From the sequence record SRR2962707_1682: a stretch of 45,040 bases of DNA; one strand, 5' to 3'. Below the pieces are notes generated by a model, which was not told the DNA's origin, searched no databases, and saw nothing but the letters and a program-made list of their open reading frames with translations. A program made the position numbers and the translations under genes. This document shows, piece after piece, positions 28,100 through 37,851 of this stretch (the first letter of the stretch is position 1; each line of letters begins with the position of its first letter).

Positions 28100-28460
28100 C
28101 GTGTTGTGCCCTTCGATCCATCGCCGTGCGGGGCCTTTGCCGGACCCGGTGACCCGGCTTTTTGACAGGGCGGGTTTACGGGCAATCCCTTTGAACCACA
28201 ACTACAAATGCTTGGGCCGGTGTGGTGGCGCGGTCCCCTGTCGGTGACCGAGGAGGGGCGAATTCAGCAAGTCCCCGGTCATCCAGCACTTTCAGAACCG
28301 TGGGAAATCTTAGGGGATTCTTAAGTCCTCGACAGATAGAACTGTAACAAACCGTCGGTTTGCCCAAGTTTGAATGCCCCTTTTTACCGACCGACCCGTT
28401 TTTGCTTGCTATGCAACGCGGTTCGCGTATCCGAATGTGGGAAACAATACGAAGCAGGCC

Positions 28461-29486
28461 ATGATAAATCACACCATTGACGACTCGACCCGCGCACCAA
28501 GCGACTGGGTGCGCATTCTTGCCCGGTACCGCGAACCGGATGCCCTGCGCAGCAGCTTTGAACTGGCGGTCAGTCTGGTCCCATTTGTTGCGCTGTGGGT
28601 TCTGGCGTGTTGGGTCGCAAATTTCAGCTATATTGGCGCACTGCTGATTTCAGCACTGAACGGATGTTTCCTGCTGCGTCTGTTCTGCATCCAACACGAT
28701 TGCGGACATGGATCGTTTTTCGGCAACCGAACGCTTAGCGACTGGGTCGGTCGCGGACTTGGGATTGTCACGCTGACGCCTTATGACGTCTGGCGGCGGA
28801 CGCATTCGATCCATCATAGCCATGCCGGGGATCTGGATCACCGGGGTATTGGTGATGTGATGACCCTCACGATCAAGGAATACCACCAACGCACGGCCTT
28901 TGGCCGATGGCTGTATCGCGCATACCGGCATCCGCTCGTGATGTTCGGGCTGGGGCCAACATATCTGTTCTTTCTTCAGAACCGGCTGCCGCTGGGGTTA
29001 ATGACGCAGGGGCGGAAATACTGGGTGTCGGCAATGGGCACCAACGTTGGGATTGCCTGTGTCGTCGCTGTGATCATCTGGTTTGGCGGCTTGCAGGCGC
29101 TATTCCTCGTGTTCCTGCCGACCACACTTATCGCGGCTTCCGTTGGGGTTTGGCTGTTCTATGTCCAGCACCAGTTCGAAACGACACACTGGGAACAGGC
29201 CCCCGACTGGCAGCTACATGAGGCGGCCTTGCACGGCAGTTCCCATTATGACCTTCCGCCAATTCTGGCATGGTTCACGGCGAATATCGGTATTCACCAT
29301 GTCCACCACCTTTATAGCCGGATCCCGTTTTATCGCCTGTCCGAAGTGCTGCGCGATCACAGTGAACTGGTGGAATGCAGCCGCATGACACTGCTGCAAA
29401 GCTTTAGATGCGCAAGTCTGGATCTGTGGGACGAAAAGAGCCGTAGACTTGTGTCCTTCGCCACGGCGCACAAGCTGGCCGTCTGA
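28461..29486 (+). CDS. Membrane fatty acid desaturase (Des-like)
   Basis: Three His boxes HDCGH, HSIHH and HHVHH, plus FYVQHQFE. Confidence 0.92.
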   Translation: MINHTIDDSTRAPSDWVRILARYREPDALRSSFELAVSLVPFVALWVLACWVANFSYIGALLISALNGCFLLRLFCIQHDCGHGSFFGNRTLSDWVGRGLGIVTLTPYDVWRRTHSIHHSHAGDLDHRGIGDVMTLTIKEYHQRTAFGRWLYRAYRHPLVMFGLGPTYLFFLQNRLPLGLMTQGRKYWVSAMGTNVGIACVVAVIIWFGGLQALFLVFLPTTLIAASVGVWLFYVQHQFETTHWEQAPDWQLHEAALHGSSHYDLPPILAWFTANIGIHHVHHLYSRIPFYRLSEVLRDHSELVECSRMTLLQSFRCASLDLWDEKSRRLVSFATAHKLAV

Positions 29487-29495
29487 TCCAAGCTT

Positions 29496-30794
29496 TCAAT
29501 CCGCTGGGCGATGCGCGCTACGGCTTATCTTGGAGGTAAGAGTGCGGCGCGGAATGCCAAGTTCCTGCGCCGCCTTTGCGGTGTTGCCCCTGCACTGGTC
29601 AAGAACGCGGGCAATTTCCATCGCCTCGAAATGCTGGACACGTTCTTTCAGGCTGCGGCCGGGCGCTCTAATCGTTTCGGCAATGCTTGTGTCCAACCCC
29701 ATGACCCGCCGCAGTGCCGCCTGTCTCAGCTCATGTGCATTGCCGGGCCAGTGATGACGCATCAGCGTCTTGCGGTCGGCAAAGGTGATTTCCGTCTTGG
29801 CCAGACCATGTCGCGCAGCAGCCTCATTGACGAAATGGGCGAAAAGATCAGGAATGTCTGACGATATTTCCCGCAGCGGCGGAAGGGGAATTTCTACATC
29901 GGCAAGGCGGTAGAACATGTCCTGACGGAACCGTTCCTGCGTGATCAGGTCACGTAGATCGGCACTGGCTGTGGCAATAATGCGAATATCGACCGGAGTT
30001 GTCGTGCCGCCTATTTCGATAATGCGTGTTTGAATAAAGCGCAGCAGCCGGGGCTGAAGCGGAAATGGCATGACGTCGATCTGATCAAGAAGCAGGGTTC
30101 CCCCGTCGGCGTCCGCAATCCGTCCGCGCCGCAGGGTACCGTCCTCGTTTAATCGACCAAAAAGATCGGTCTCAAGCCCGGTGTCGGTCAGCGCGGCACA
30201 GTTGATAGTGACAAAAGGCCCGGTTCGGCGCGGTCCGGATTGATGCAGAATCCGCGCAGCAAGCTCCTTGCCTGTGCCGGTTTCGCCCTGCAGAACCACA
30301 TCAACATCCAGAGGGGCGATCTGCGCCAGCCGGGTGCGCAATGCGGCAATCGCGGTGGAGTTGCCTAAAAACCGGGCCTCATGCGCCTTTAGGGACTGGC
30401 GCAGAACTGCATTTTCGGCAGCAAGACGGCCCGCGGCAAGGGTGCGATTCACGACTGATAGCAGATGGTCGGCGTCATAAGGTTTTTCAAGAAAGTCCTG
30501 CGCGCCGATCTGCATGGCGCGCACGGCCTGACCGACATCGGCATGCCCGGTCAGAAGGATCAAAGGCACATCGGCGCCCCGCTCGCGCACGGCTGTCAGA
30601 AAGGCAATGCCATCAAGGCCCGGCATCCGCAGATCGCTTAAGATCATGTCAGGAGGGCTGGCGGTTATCGCCTCCAGCGCAGCCGCGGCACTGTTGAACG
30701 CCACGGGCGCATGGCCGGCCTGAGCAATAAGATCACTTAGCCCATCGCGGTGATCGGCATCGTCATCCACCACCCAGATCACGGCTTTGGTCAT
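29496..30794 (-). CDS. dctD: DctD/NtrC-family response regulator (degenerate AAA+ domain)
   Basis: REC domain (VDDD, DLRMPG), GETGTGKE Walker A, HHWPGN and a Fis-type HTH; GAFTGA absent. Confidence 0.85.
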   Translation of the reverse strand: MTKAVIWVVDDDADHRDGLSDLIAQAGHAPVAFNSAAAALEAITASPPDMILSDLRMPGLDGIAFLTAVRERGADVPLILLTGHADVGQAVRAMQIGAQDFLEKPYDADHLLSVVNRTLAAGRLAAENAVLRQSLKAHEARFLGNSTAIAALRTRLAQIAPLDVDVVLQGETGTGKELAARILHQSGPRRTGPFVTINCAALTDTGLETDLFGRLNEDGTLRRGRIADADGGTLLLDQIDVMPFPLQPRLLRFIQTRIIEIGGTTTPVDIRIIATASADLRDLITQERFRQDMFYRLADVEIPLPPLREISSDIPDLFAHFVNEAAARHGLAKTEITFADRKTLMRHHWPGNAHELRQAALRRVMGLDTSIAETIRAPGRSLKERVQHFEAMEIARVLDQCRGNTAKAAQELGIPRRTLTSKISRSAHRPAD

Positions 30795-32587
30795 GCGGCG
30801 GTCGCTTTTGCGTCGGCGTTTGCAAGCGGCAGTGTGACAAAGGCGCAGGTCCCGACACCGGGTGTTGATTCAAAGTGGAGCGTGCCTTTGGCGTCCTCGA
30901 CAATCGTCTGGCAGATAGACAGACCCAGGCCCAAACCATCCCCAACGGGTTTATCGCTGTAGAACGGCTCGGCGGCCTTTGTCAGGGCAGTAGCGTCCAT
31001 GCCAACGCCGTTATCGCTGACTTGCACAATTACCGTTTCTCTCGTGATCTTGCGCGATACCTGCACATTGCCCTGATCTGTGTTCGACATGACGGCATCC
31101 AGCGCGTTGAGCAGCAGGTTGACTAGCACCTGTTCGAGTCGCACCTGTCCGCCGATGACCACAGGTGCTGCGCCGTCGCGGGCAAAGGTAAGGTTCACGC
31201 CCATGTCATTGGCGCGGTGCCGCACAAGCTCAATCGCATTGTCCACAGCAAGGTCCATGTCGACACGGCTCAGCGCCCCGGTGTCCTTGCGGCCAAAGCT
31301 TTTGAGGTGCTTGATCGTGCGCAACATGCGGCGGATGTGGCCACGCGCTGTGTCGATCCTCTTGGTGGTGCCGGGGTCAGTGTTGCGAATGCCGATAACG
31401 GCGGCTGCCAGCGTTGCTTCCATCGCGGCGAGCGGCTGGCTGATTTCGTGTACGATAGCGGTAGACATTCGCCCAAGCGCCGCCATCTTTTCGGAATGTA
31501 TCAGCGCCTCTTGCGCGGCGCGCAAATCGGATTCGGCGGCGATGCGGTTCTCAATCTCTTCGGCAAGCTCCCGGGTGCGCCGGTCGACCTGCTGTTCAAG
31601 AAGGCGACTTTGCTGCAGGCGCATACTCACAAGGTGCCGCCGCTGCAGGAACGTCTGAACAAGCAGTCCGGCAGCAAGGGTCGCCAATGACGAAATCGTC
31701 GCCACAGCAAGGGCTGTCCGCCACGCATCTGCCACCGATGCGGCCATTATCACCTGCCAACCGTCCGGCGCCATCGGCAGCTGGCGCATAAGCATCGGCC
31801 GGTCCGCCACCTTGACCGGGTGGGCCTGTTGCAGGTCGGCGGCGCCTGCGGTCAGCAATGGTGTGGCATCTGCAATGGGCGCACCTTCGTAACCGCGCGT
31901 TGCGGCGATGCGGTCAAGCGCGCCGGGCGCAAGCGCAAATAGCGGCTGATAGAGCCAGTCAGGCTGCCCGGACAGAAACACGATCCCGTCTGAATCGGCG
32001 ATGGCGGTGTCCGTGGCGGCTGTGCGCCAGGCCTGCTGCAACGGCAAGAGATCCACCTTGACGACGATAACGGCGCGCGACCCATCGGCCAGATCGACCC
32101 GAGAGGATAGGAAATAGCCCGGCTGCCCGGTGGTGATTCCGATGCCGTAAAACCGTCCGGCCCCCTGGGTGATCGCATCCTGAAAATAGGGGCGGAAACC
32201 GTAATCGGTACCTACGAAACTTGTCGGTCTGTTCCAGTTGCTTGCGGCGATGGCAACGCCACTGCGGTTCAGCAGATACAGTTGATCCGCTCCGGAAAAC
32301 TCTGCCACCGTCTCAAGATAGCTGTTGGCGGTTGCAACGGTGTCGGTGTTTGCGGGTTCGGCAATCGCCCGCCGGATGCGTATGTCCTGGGCGGCGACTT
32401 GCGGCAGGTAACGGAACCGGTCGATTTCGGTTTCAATGGCCCGCCGGGTTAGGATCAGCGATTGATCCAAGCTGACACCTATCCGCGTCAGCGACACGCG
32501 ATAGGCGGCAATGCCCCCGGCCGCCGCCGCCAGTAAGGCGAGGCACAGCACGAGCAGCAGAGAGCGGGTTTGCAGGATCCGGGTCAT
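30791..32587 (-). CDS. dctB: DctB-like sensor histidine kinase
   Basis: dCache domain (AASNW...YGFRPYF), SEKMAALG...HEISQPL, NLLLNALDA and GLGLGL motifs. Confidence 0.88.
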   Translation of the reverse strand: MTRILQTRSLLLVLCLALLAAAAGGIAAYRVSLTRIGVSLDQSLILTRRAIETEIDRFRYLPQVAAQDIRIRRAIAEPANTDTVATANSYLETVAEFSGADQLYLLNRSGVAIAASNWNRPTSFVGTDYGFRPYFQDAITQGAGRFYGIGITTGQPGYFLSSRVDLADGSRAVIVVKVDLLPLQQAWRTAATDTAIADSDGIVFLSGQPDWLYQPLFALAPGALDRIAATRGYEGAPIADATPLLTAGAADLQQAHPVKVADRPMLMRQLPMAPDGWQVIMAASVADAWRTALAVATISSLATLAAGLLVQTFLQRRHLVSMRLQQSRLLEQQVDRRTRELAEEIENRIAAESDLRAAQEALIHSEKMAALGRMSTAIVHEISQPLAAMEATLAAAVIGIRNTDPGTTKRIDTARGHIRRMLRTIKHLKSFGRKDTGALSRVDMDLAVDNAIELVRHRANDMGVNLTFARDGAAPVVIGGQVRLEQVLVNLLLNALDAVMSNTDQGNVQVSRKITRETVIVQVSDNGVGMDATALTKAAEPFYSDKPVGDGLGLGLSICQTIVEDAKGTLHFESTPGVGTCAFVTLPLANADAKATAA

Positions 32588-32621
32588 GGCGCGGATCAGT
32601 CTGGCATCACCCATCCCGGAA

Positions 32622-32987
32622 TTAAAGCGGCATGTCGCAGGGCGCGATTGCAACAGGATCACCGACAACATTGCCGATGATGTGGCACGTCCCATCTGCA
32701 CAAAGGGTCCAGCCACTACCCGTCGCCCCAGACGCGGTCAACGTCAGTTGGGGCACCTCAAGATGCCCCGGCGAAACCCACCAGCCATCCCGCAACACTG
32801 CATCGGGGCCCGGTTCCATACCCGCGCCGGACCCCTTGATCCGCGACTGGATCAGGGTCAGGCTGTCGGGTGTGACGGTCCAGCTTTCCTCCCACCCGGT
32901 TTTTTCGACCGAGTGTTGCCAACTGAGCGTGAATCCCGGATCTGCAAGGTGCAGGATCAGTGCGCCGATGGTAAGGCAGGTGGTCAT
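32622..32987 (-). CDS. DUF1850 family protein (TAXI-TRAP associated)
   Basis: FTLSWQHSVEKTGWEE and SRIKGSGAGM motifs; position directly after the TRAP permease. Confidence 0.8.
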   Translation of the reverse strand: MTTCLTIGALILHLADPGFTLSWQHSVEKTGWEESWTVTPDSLTLIQSRIKGSGAGMEPGPDAVLRDGWWVSPGHLEVPQLTLTASGATGSGWTLCADGTCHIIGNVVGDPVAIAPCDMPL

Positions 32988-35056
32988 GCCTCCGCGCGAC
33001 GGCGGATCATCAACACGACAATCACAAAGACCGCCGCCAGGGCGAAGCCGATTTCGTCAGTAGAGGGCAGCGCGGCGATAAGCGTACCCGCTGTGACCAC
33101 AGCCAACGTACGCAAGGGCCAACCCAGCGGGCGACCCAGCCAGCCAATTACTGCAATGCCCCAAAGGCCAATACACAGCACCGTCTTGAATACGATGTAG
33201 GCAACCGCCGGCCAGTAACCAATAGCGTCGGCTAGTGGGCCCCCTGCCTGCAGCATCAGTGCCGGGGTGTAGACAGCCATGAACGGAATGACAAAGCCCG
33301 CTGCCGCGACCTTGATCGCCTCGATCGAGATTTTGAGCCCACTTTCCTTTGCAATTGGGGCGGCAGCAAAGCAGGCCAGCGCGACCGGAGGCGTGAGATC
33401 TGCAAGGATGCCAAAGTAGAAGACGAACATGTGGCTGACGATCAGCGGCACACCTAATGCGAGCAGGGCAGGCCCTGCGATCGACGATGTGATGATGTAG
33501 TTCGGGATCGTCGGAATACCCATACCCAGCAAGATGCAGGTGAACATGGTCAGGATAAGGCTGAGAAGCAGACTATGTTGACCCACTGACACGATGAACT
33601 GACCAAAAGTGTTGGCGGCCCCGGTCAGGGTCATGGTGCCGATGATCACCCCGACCAATGCGCAGGCAACACCGACCGGCAGCGCGGTCTTGGCACCTTC
33701 GGCAAGCGAATCGCGGCACAGGATCAGCGTTTCGCGACCGCCTTTTGACAGGGCACACCACAGGATCAGTGCAGCAAGGGCAGCCAGCAGCACATTGATG
33801 CCGAACTGCAGGAACCCGGCAGCGACAAGGCCCAGGCAAATCCAGAAAGCAAAGCGCATCGCCCCTGCCGGGAGTTGCAAGACAGCTGAACCACCCAGGA
33901 TCAGCAGCACGGTCAATCCAAGGCCAATTGTGCCAGCAAACAGGGGCGTGTAGCCACCAAACAGCAAGTAAACGAGCACGCCGAGCGGGACCAGAAGCAT
34001 CCAGTTTTCGGATATCGCCTTGCGGGCCGAAGGCAGTTCATCCTTGCGAAGACCGCGCAGCCCGTAGCGGCCGGCCTCAAGGTGTACCATCCAGAAGGCC
34101 GAGGCAAAGTAGAGGATCGCTGGAATCAGCGCAGCCTTCACCACCTCGACGTACGGAACATCCAGCGTTTCGGCCATGATAAAGGCCACGGCGCCCATGA
34201 CCGGCGGCATGATCTGACCCCCCATCGACGCGGTTGCCTCGACACCGCCGGCAAACGCAGGGCGGTAGCCGAACTTTTTCATCAGCGGGATGGTGAACTG
34301 GCCAGTGGTGACCACATTCGCCACGCCCGACCCTGATATCGTGCCCATCAGCCCGGAGGAGACGACAGCAACCTTGGCGGCGCCGCCCTGTCGGTGACCA
34401 AACAGGCCCATAGCCACATCCGTGAAAAGGCGGATCATGCCAGCCCGTTCCAGAAAGGACCCGAACAGGATGAACAGAAATATATAGGTCGAAGAGACAT
34501 AGGTTGGGATGCCATAGATACCTTCGGTACCGAAGGCCATGTGATCAATCACCTGCGAAAAACTGTAGCCGCGATGGTTCAGCGGCGACGGAAGGTACTG
34601 GCCCAGAAAGCAGTAGGCCAGGAACATTCCGGCAATCAGCGGCAGCGCCAGACCCATCATTGTCCAGGCTGCGGCAAAGACGACGATTAGCGCGATAACA
34701 CCCATCACGATGTCCAGCGTCAGTGGGCGACCAGCGCGCAGGATCAGCGGTTGATATTCCCACCACTGGTACAGCGCCACGGCGATCCCGGCAAAAGCAA
34801 AGGCCCATGCCAACGCCTTCAATGCGCTGCTTGCGTTGCGACCATAAGCGATGATGGGAAAGGCAAGCAGGGTTAGGAAACCGACGTGAAAGGCGCGGGT
34901 GACCTGGCTGGGCAGATCGACAAGATGCGCAGCTGTGACGATCTGGAAAATCGAAAAGACGATGGCGATCCAGAACAGAAGTCGACCGATCGCATCGGCG
35001 CTAAAGGCGACCTCGTGCCCTTCCTGGGGATCAGGGGGTGTGGCGGGATTGGACAT
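32984..35056 (-). CDS. TRAP transporter fused 4TM/12TM permease
   Basis: GTISGSGVANV, ASMGGQIMPPVMGA, LGMGIPT and DLTPPVAL motifs. Confidence 0.92.
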   Translation of the reverse strand: MSNPATPPDPQEGHEVAFSADAIGRLLFWIAIVFSIFQIVTAAHLVDLPSQVTRAFHVGFLTLLAFPIIAYGRNASSALKALAWAFAFAGIAVALYQWWEYQPLILRAGRPLTLDIVMGVIALIVVFAAAWTMMGLALPLIAGMFLAYCFLGQYLPSPLNHRGYSFSQVIDHMAFGTEGIYGIPTYVSSTYIFLFILFGSFLERAGMIRLFTDVAMGLFGHRQGGAAKVAVVSSGLMGTISGSGVANVVTTGQFTIPLMKKFGYRPAFAGGVEATASMGGQIMPPVMGAVAFIMAETLDVPYVEVVKAALIPAILYFASAFWMVHLEAGRYGLRGLRKDELPSARKAISENWMLLVPLGVLVYLLFGGYTPLFAGTIGLGLTVLLILGGSAVLQLPAGAMRFAFWICLGLVAAGFLQFGINVLLAALAALILWCALSKGGRETLILCRDSLAEGAKTALPVGVACALVGVIIGTMTLTGAANTFGQFIVSVGQHSLLLSLILTMFTCILLGMGIPTIPNYIITSSIAGPALLALGVPLIVSHMFVFYFGILADLTPPVALACFAAAPIAKESGLKISIEAIKVAAAGFVIPFMAVYTPALMLQAGGPLADAIGYWPAVAYIVFKTVLCIGLWGIAVIGWLGRPLGWPLRTLAVVTAGTLIAALPSTDEIGFALAAVFVIVVLMIRRRAEA

Positions 35057-35131
35057 GGGGGACCTCGGACCGGAAACGGAAGTTGCGGGCGCCCCAAAAT
35101 GGGTGCGCCCGCGCTCTGACTGGTTGGCTGC

Positions 35132-36088
35132 TTACTGCAAAAGCCCTTGTTCACGGTAGTAACGCTCTGCACCAGGGTGCAGCGGGATCGGCATGCCATT
35201 CAGTGCATTGGCAATGTCGATCTGGGCCGCTGCCTGATGCGACGCAACAAGCGTATCGAGGTTTTCGAACAGATTTTTGGTCATCTGGTAGGCGATCTCA
35301 TCGCTGACACCTTCGTGGGTGACAAGAAAGTTGGACACGGCCACGGTCGGCACGTCTTCTGTCTGACCATCATAGGTGTTGGCCGGGATTGTCGCGGCGA
35401 TATAGGGCGCGCCCAGATTTTCGGCGACATCCGCAGGAATGGCGACAACGTTGATCGGCAGGGACGAAGCCAGATCGCGGATCGATGCAACGCCAAGACC
35501 GGCCGACTGAAGTGTTCCGTCCAGCTGGCGGTTCTTGATCAGTTCGACCGATTCCGCGAAGGGCAGATATTCGACCTTGCCCAGATCATCATAGGACATG
35601 CCCATCGCGCCAAAGATGGCACGTGCATTGAGTTCTGTCCCGGAGGCCGGCGCCCCCACTGACAGGCTCTTGCCGGCAAGACCTGCGAAATCGGTGATGC
35701 CGCTTTCTTGGGTCGCGACGACCTGAATATAGTTCGGGTAGATTGCGGCGATGCCGCGCAAGCGGTCAAGCTTGACCGGGAAACCGGCGTCTGCATTGCC
35801 TGCCCAGGCCATCGCAACGCTGTCGCCAAGGGCAAAACCCAGCTCGCCCCGGCCATCCTGCAGCAGGTTTAGGTTTTCAACGCTTGCCTTGGTAGATTGC
35901 ACCTGAGTGCGCACGCCATCAATCTTTTCGCCATAGATATTGGCTAGGCCTGCACCCAGCGGATAATACACGCCAGAGGTGCCGCCCGTCAGAACGTTGA
36001 CGAAGTCCTGTGCCTGTGCAGCAAAAGGCATTGCCGCCAGCGTCGACACAAGCGCGCAACCGCGCAGCGCGGATTTCAGATTTATCAT
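35132..36088 (-). CDS. TAXI-family TRAP solute-binding protein
   Basis: TGGTSGVYYPLG, ASVENL, SVGAPASGT and PLHPGAERYY motifs; signal peptide. Confidence 0.93.
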   Translation of the reverse strand: MINLKSALRGCALVSTLAAMPFAAQAQDFVNVLTGGTSGVYYPLGAGLANIYGEKIDGVRTQVQSTKASVENLNLLQDGRGELGFALGDSVAMAWAGNADAGFPVKLDRLRGIAAIYPNYIQVVATQESGITDFAGLAGKSLSVGAPASGTELNARAIFGAMGMSYDDLGKVEYLPFAESVELIKNRQLDGTLQSAGLGVASIRDLASSLPINVVAIPADVAENLGAPYIAATIPANTYDGQTEDVPTVAVSNFLVTHEGVSDEIAYQMTKNLFENLDTLVASHQAAAQIDIANALNGMPIPLHPGAERYYREQGLLQ

Positions 36089-36399
36089 GGTTTCCTCCCA
36101 GAAATATGGCAGGTCCGCTCTTTGGGCAGACCCGTGTGCCGGACGCTACGTCGCCAGGCATTTGCGACGCAAGCCTGTCGTTCCCACTGCCGGACATTTT
36201 ACTGGCAAAAAACGACCGAAGGTGGGGCAATAAACGGGCAAGTATTTGCAATTTATGAACTAATTTTAAATCATTGGGCAATTGAAAACGGCGTCGTGCT
36301 AGCTAGGGCACATTGTCTGAATTTAATAAAGCGGATGGTCCCCTTTCATAGGCGTAAGGATTCAACCTGACGCATAGGCCGGGCCCTCAGACAAACGCC

Positions 36400-36561
36400 C
36401 TAGAAACTTTGCTTACGCGACAAGGTTCTGTTGCTGTGGGGCACCCGTTTGAAGACCGCAGTTGCGACGGTGACCAACCTGCGAGCGATGGCGACAATGA
36501 CAATTTTGATCGGCTTGCCGCGCTCTTTGAGGCGCGCCCCAACGGGTTCCAGAATCGGATT
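36400..36561 (-). pseudogene. IS110-family transposase C-terminal remnant
   Basis: Frame reads NPILEPVGARLKERGKPIKIVIVAIARRLVTVATAVFK, the characteristic IS110 C-terminus; preceded by an in-frame TAA and has no start. Confidence 0.7.
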
Positions 36562-36692
36562 TTATCCCGCTGATGGTCACGGGCGATGCAAGCGGTCATG
36601 TGGCTGACGCCCGACCACGCGATCCCGTAGCCCCGGCTTGAGCGCTCCGCGCTGTCCAGAGCAGCCATCCGTGCCACGCCGCGCAGATCTGC

Positions 36693-36717
36693 GGAACTTA
36701 CAGCGTCATCGTTAGTT
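36693..36717 (+). promoter_or_regulatory. EcfG/RpoE2 (general stress sigma)-type promoter
   Basis: GGAAC-N16-AGTT about 45 nt upstream of the small ORF heading a stress-type operon. Confidence 0.6.
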
Positions 36718-36762
36718 AAGCTTCCATCACAGCGACCCAAGCATCGCAAAAGGACTAACTAC

Positions 36763-36831
36763 ATGAACGGCATTATCTACTTGGTCGGCCTCATCGTGAT
36801 CGTTGTCGCCATTCTGAACTTCATTGCATAA
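36763..36831 (+). CDS. 22-aa single-TM small protein MNGIIYLVGLIVIVVAILNFIA
   Basis: AAAGGA RBS; almost entirely hydrophobic; sits between the promoter and the next gene, which has the same AAAGGACT RBS. Confidence 0.7.
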   Translation: MNGIIYLVGLIVIVVAILNFIA

Positions 36832-36848
36832 CCAAAAGGACTGATGAC

Positions 36849-37460
36849 ATGACCTCTTCTGGAACCTCTTCGGCATCGACGGCAAACGAAGCCATCGCCG
36901 AAACCAAGGCTGCCGCAGACGATCTCGCGGCGTCAGTAGAAGCAAATGCACAAGACGTGATTGGTAAAGTATCCGGTGAAGCCGCCCGTGCAGCGCACAG
37001 CGCTCAGGACAGCGCAGCCGATGAGGTGCAAGGCGTAGCCTCGGCTCTTCGCTCTGCCGCCGATCAACTGCGCAGCGGATCCCCCCAAGAACGCACATTC
37101 AGCCAGATGGCAGACGGACTCGCCGATGTTTCCGAGACTCTGCGTGACAAGGATCTGGGCGAGGTGATGGGCGAGCTGAACAGTTTCGCACGCCGGAACC
37201 CACTGGTATTCCTCGGTGGTGCAGCGCTGCTCGGCTTTGCCGCGACACGGTTTGCCAAGGCAAGCGCGACGGTTTCGTACCCATCGGGTGCGGCTTCGGC
37301 TCATCGCCCCGCTAATGCACAACCAACGACCGCGTACAGCGCGCCCGTCCCGGCGCGCCCCGCCCCGGTTGGCGTGGCGGCAACCCCCTCGGCAGCACCA
37401 TCATCGGCCGCTTTCCGCGCGACTGATACGCCCGTAGGCAGCGACAAGACTGGATACTGA
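36849..37460 (+). CDS. Ala-rich stress protein (ElaB/YqjD-like or Ndi-like; helical domain followed by a hydrophobic anchor)
   Basis: FARRNPLVFLGGAALLGFAATRFAKAS motif; operon context. Confidence 0.7.
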   Translation: MTSSGTSSASTANEAIAETKAAADDLAASVEANAQDVIGKVSGEAARAAHSAQDSAADEVQGVASALRSAADQLRSGSPQERTFSQMADGLADVSETLRDKDLGEVMGELNSFARRNPLVFLGGAALLGFAATRFAKASATVSYPSGAASAHRPANAQPTTAYSAPVPARPAPVGVAATPSAAPSSAAFRATDTPVGSDKTGY

Positions 37461-37461
37461 T

Positions 37462-37851
37462 ATGAACACCGAAAAATCCACGGGCAATCTATTGAGTGAA
37501 GCCTTAACCCATGTCAGCAGCCTTGTGCGGAGTGAGGTTGACCTGGCCCGCGCCGAAATAAATGAAAGCCTTTCCAGCGCCACTGTGGCACTGGGACTTG
37601 TTGTTGGTGCGATCGTCGTATTCCTGACCGCACTAAACGTGCTGTCCGCCGCACTGGTCGCTGGTCTTACTGAGGCAGGTATCCCAAGTGGCTGGTCTGC
37701 CCTGATCGTCGGGATTCTATTCGCCATCATCGGTTACGTGATGCTGAAAAAAGGCACGAATGATCTGAAGCTCAGCTCTTTGGCGCCCACCCGCACTGCG
37801 AAAAACGTGAAGCGTGACGCCAACGCTATAAAGGAGGCATACAATGACTGA
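37462..37851 (+). CDS. Phage-holin-like family membrane protein (YqjE-like, holin superfamily III)
   Basis: LVRSEVDLARAEI, two TM helices and APTRT; typical partner of DUF3618. Confidence 0.8.
   Translation: MNTEKSTGNLLSEALTHVSSLVRSEVDLARAEINESLSSATVALGLVVGAIVVFLTALNVLSAALVAGLTEAGIPSGWSALIVGILFAIIGYVMLKKGTNDLKLSSLAPTRTAKNVKRDANAIKEAYND

Noticed and set aside
28100-28320. T-box riboswitch upstream of hisS
   Set aside because: No GGGTGGNACCGCG-like antiterminator consensus and no UGGG bulge complementary to the tRNA CCCA end.
36387-36749. 120-aa minus-strand ORF
   Set aside because: Off-frame overlay of the IS110 remnant and the stress promoter.
37462-37851. Prophage lysis gene
   Set aside because: The holin-family label applies to a stress-operon YqjE-like protein; no endolysin or phage genes nearby.
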